A stretch of 27,427 nucleotides of DNA, from positions 1 to 27,427 of IMG/VR virus record IMGVR_UViG_3300044477_000110, one strand, 5' to 3'. The position numbers and the translations under genes were made by a program. The stretch is from a virus. Its lineage: Duplodnaviria > Caudoviricetes. The notes under the pieces are model-generated. The model was not told where the DNA came from. It saw only the letters and a list, made by a program, of their open reading frames with translations, and did not search any database. Shown piece after piece: positions 25,751-27,427 of this stretch (within the stretch, counting starts at the first letter, position 1; each line of letters begins with the position of its first letter).

Positions 25751-25950
25751 GCTTTCTCGGGGAATAACTCGTTTAGCTTATGGCCTGTAATGCGCGCTAT
25801 CGCCTGTTGTTCAACATGTGATGGATATGATCGCATGTTCATCCAACGATAAAAGGTGGCTACATTTCGTTTCGTTTTGTCTTCAACCTTACGCCTAAAG
25901 GTTATTTTCTCCTTATCTGTCAGGCTGTTGAAATAGTCTTGTATTGTCAT
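25747..25950 (-). CDS. Cro-like HTH protein
   Basis: 67 aa; ATFYRW....YP.....AIA.ITG....ELFP. Confidence 0.65.
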   Translation of the reverse strand: MTIQDYFNSLTDKEKITFRRKVEDKTKRNVATFYRWMNMRSYPSHVEQQAIARITGHKLNELFPEKA

Positions 25951-26051
25951 TCTACAACTATTATTTGTAATTTATTCTTTATTTTGCAGTTTTTTATCAT
26001 ATTTGTATAGCACTTTTATAATCACTCTAATAATACTAAGCTATACTATAC

Positions 26052-26240
26052 ATGAAAGAGATAGTCATTTGTAAGCATTTTGTTGATAGCATTGATAATA
26101 AATTAAAGTCGAAACAAATACCTGTTGAAACCAATAAATTGCTTAGTGAAGGCTGGCAACTCGAAAACACCTTTTATTCGGAAGGGGCAGTCGTGTTTGT
26201 GCTGTCGAAATCAACCCCCGATGATTTAAAGCCGATGTAG
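26052..26240 (+). CDS. Small hypothetical protein on the repressor strand
   Basis: 62 aa; NKLLSEGWQL motif; ATG with AT-rich leader. Confidence 0.55.
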   Translation: MKEIVICKHFVDSIDNKLKSKQIPVETNKLLSEGWQLENTFYSEGAVVFVLSKSTPDDLKPM

Positions 26241-26362
26241 TGTTGTTTGAGTAATTTGATTTCGGCAATAGCTTTGTCAAAATCATTTTCGTTTGCTAAC
26301 ACCAGTTTAATGTCAGCACTTTGCCAAAGCTGGTTTTTGTAGAATGTTACTGTGAGTTCCAT
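26174..26362 (-). CDS. Hypothetical protein
   Basis: Likely start MELTVTF at 26362 (track starts at 26458); 3' end overlaps the convergent ORF. Confidence 0.4.
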   Translation of the reverse strand: MELTVTFYKNQLWQSADIKLVLANENDFDKAIAEIKLLKQHYIGFKSSGVDFDSTNTTAPSE

Positions 26363-26374
26363 TGTTTTAGGGAT

Positions 26375-26387
26375 ATATGTCAAAGAA
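26375..26387 (-). promoter_or_regulatory. Second boxA-like element
   Basis: Minus strand TTCTTTGACATAT between the first and second early ORFs. Confidence 0.4.
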
Positions 26388-26405
26388 AGTTTTGAGACGG
26401 TGATG

Positions 26406-26618
26406 TCACTTATCGGATAGTGTGTTTTCGTTGAGAAAAGACTCGATATCTCGTGCAATAGGGCTCACTTTTTCGGGAGGGCAACCCACTCTAATAGCCA
26501 TATTTATAGATTCTTTTCGTAGGTTATAAATATTAGATTCATCAACGGATGTCTCAACTTCTTTTTTCATTATCGCCATGCCTAGCAGGCGGTAAATGGT
26601 TTTTGTTTTTTGTATCAT
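26406..26618 (-). CDS. First leftward early gene, hypothetical
   Basis: 70 aa; starts about 30 nt downstream of a TATATTTG promoter element. Confidence 0.55.
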   Translation of the reverse strand: MIQKTKTIYRLLGMAIMKKEVETSVDESNIYNLRKESINMAIRVGCPPEKVSPIARDIESFLNENTLSDK

Positions 26619-26646
26619 TGTGCATTGTTATTTGATTACTACAATG

Positions 26647-26698
26647 CAAATATAAAGGAATCCTTTAATATAATCCAAGAACTTAAAGGAATATTTTA
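26647..26698 (-). promoter_or_regulatory. Early lytic promoter with two putative CI operators
   Basis: Bacteroidota -7 element TATATTTG (26647-54); palindrome TAAAGGAATCCTTTA (26653-67) and variant TAAAGGAATATTTTA (26684-98). Confidence 0.7.
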
Positions 26699-26722
26699 AT
26701 AAAATATTAAAATAATTTTTAA

Positions 26723-27424
26723 ATGTCTGTTAAAGAGAGACTTATAGAGTTTGTTAAGTATAAAGGAATTTCCAATTCTGAGTTTTGTAGAAGAATTGGA
26801 GTATCAAATGCCTTTATAAGTTCTATGGTTAAGTCGATCCAACCAGACAAACTTAAAAGTATTACTTCAAGTTTTCCTGAATTAAATACAGGCTGGTTAA
26901 TGACAGGCGAAGGCGAAATGTTGAAGGATGCAAATACCGAATACAAATCGGAATTACAAGAAAAGCAATTTGCATCGCACATTGAAGTAAAAGTTGTAAC
27001 CACAAATGCTCGCGCCGGATACTCAGAATCTTATTATGCCGATGAGTATTTACAAGATATGCCCACTGTATTGATTGAAGCAGATAGGGAATACAAGGGC
27101 AAGTATTTGGCATTTGAAATAAATGGCGATAGCATGGAGCCAGACTACAATGCTGGCGATGTAGTTATATGTAGAGAAATAAAGAGAGATCTTTGGCGAT
27201 CGAAACTACATATTAACGATTGGGATTTTGTGATTGCCCATAGTACCAAGGGTATTATGCTGAAGCAAATAACCAGTCATAATGTAGAAACAGGCGAAAT
27301 TGTCTGCCATTCTGTAAATACCGAAGAGCATCCTGATTTTACATTAAACCTTCGCGAAGTGGCGTTTCTCTATAATGTAGTAGAGCATCGTATTTCAGGA
27401 AAGAACAAGAGAAGACACCGATAA
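26723..27424 (+). CDS. CI-like repressor (HTH plus S24 peptidase)
   Basis: N-terminal KERL..F....GIS..EF...IGVS, LNTGWLMTGEGEM; catalytic GDSMEP and IMLKQ; divergent from the lytic operon. Confidence 0.9.
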   Translation: MSVKERLIEFVKYKGISNSEFCRRIGVSNAFISSMVKSIQPDKLKSITSSFPELNTGWLMTGEGEMLKDANTEYKSELQEKQFASHIEVKVVTTNARAGYSESYYADEYLQDMPTVLIEADREYKGKYLAFEINGDSMEPDYNAGDVVICREIKRDLWRSKLHINDWDFVIAHSTKGIMLKQITSHNVETGEIVCHSVNTEEHPDFTLNLREVAFLYNVVEHRISGKNKRRHR

Positions 27425-27427
27425 AAA

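Noticed and set aside
1513-27113. Numerous 60-140 aa ORFs antisense to or nested in long genes (e.g. 11444-11845, 15652-16074, 14440-14757, 26719-27003, 19420-19653)
   Set aside because: Shadow frames of well-supported genes with no motifs; only 11227-11916 was kept because it carries methyltransferase motif IX

Overview
A 27.4-kb segment of a temperate siphovirus or prophage, probably infecting a Bacteroidota host (TAnnTTTG promoter, no Shine-Dalgarno motifs, DUF4494-like gene). A CI-type repressor at the right end is on the + strand. Almost everything else is one long leftward (- strand) run: early regulators, a ~1.2-kb non-coding region, RecT/exonuclease recombination genes, NinG, two SNF2-type helicases (one with a class-3 LAGLIDADG intein, one fused to an amino-methyltransferase), a C5 cytosine methyltransferase, SSB, initiator and helicase loader, terminases, SPP1-type portal, a MuF protein with a C-terminal ADP-ribosyltransferase, scaffold, decoration and major capsid (truncated by the window edge). 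Most unusual features: (1) the C5 methyltransferase has exactly two extra codons, TAA TCA, between the catalytic Pro and Cys, which fits a ribosomal 'stop-hop'; its motif IX lies in an overlapping frame and its 3' end was replaced by an HNH insertion. (2) The non-coding region holds two related tRNA-like elements with no normal anticodon arm, a string of about 10 hairpins, a boxA-like element and a second, fuller copy of the initiator-gene iteron array. (3) A conserved late-promoter/activator motif precedes both portal and scaffold. All family calls are from motif recognition by eye; no database searches were run.
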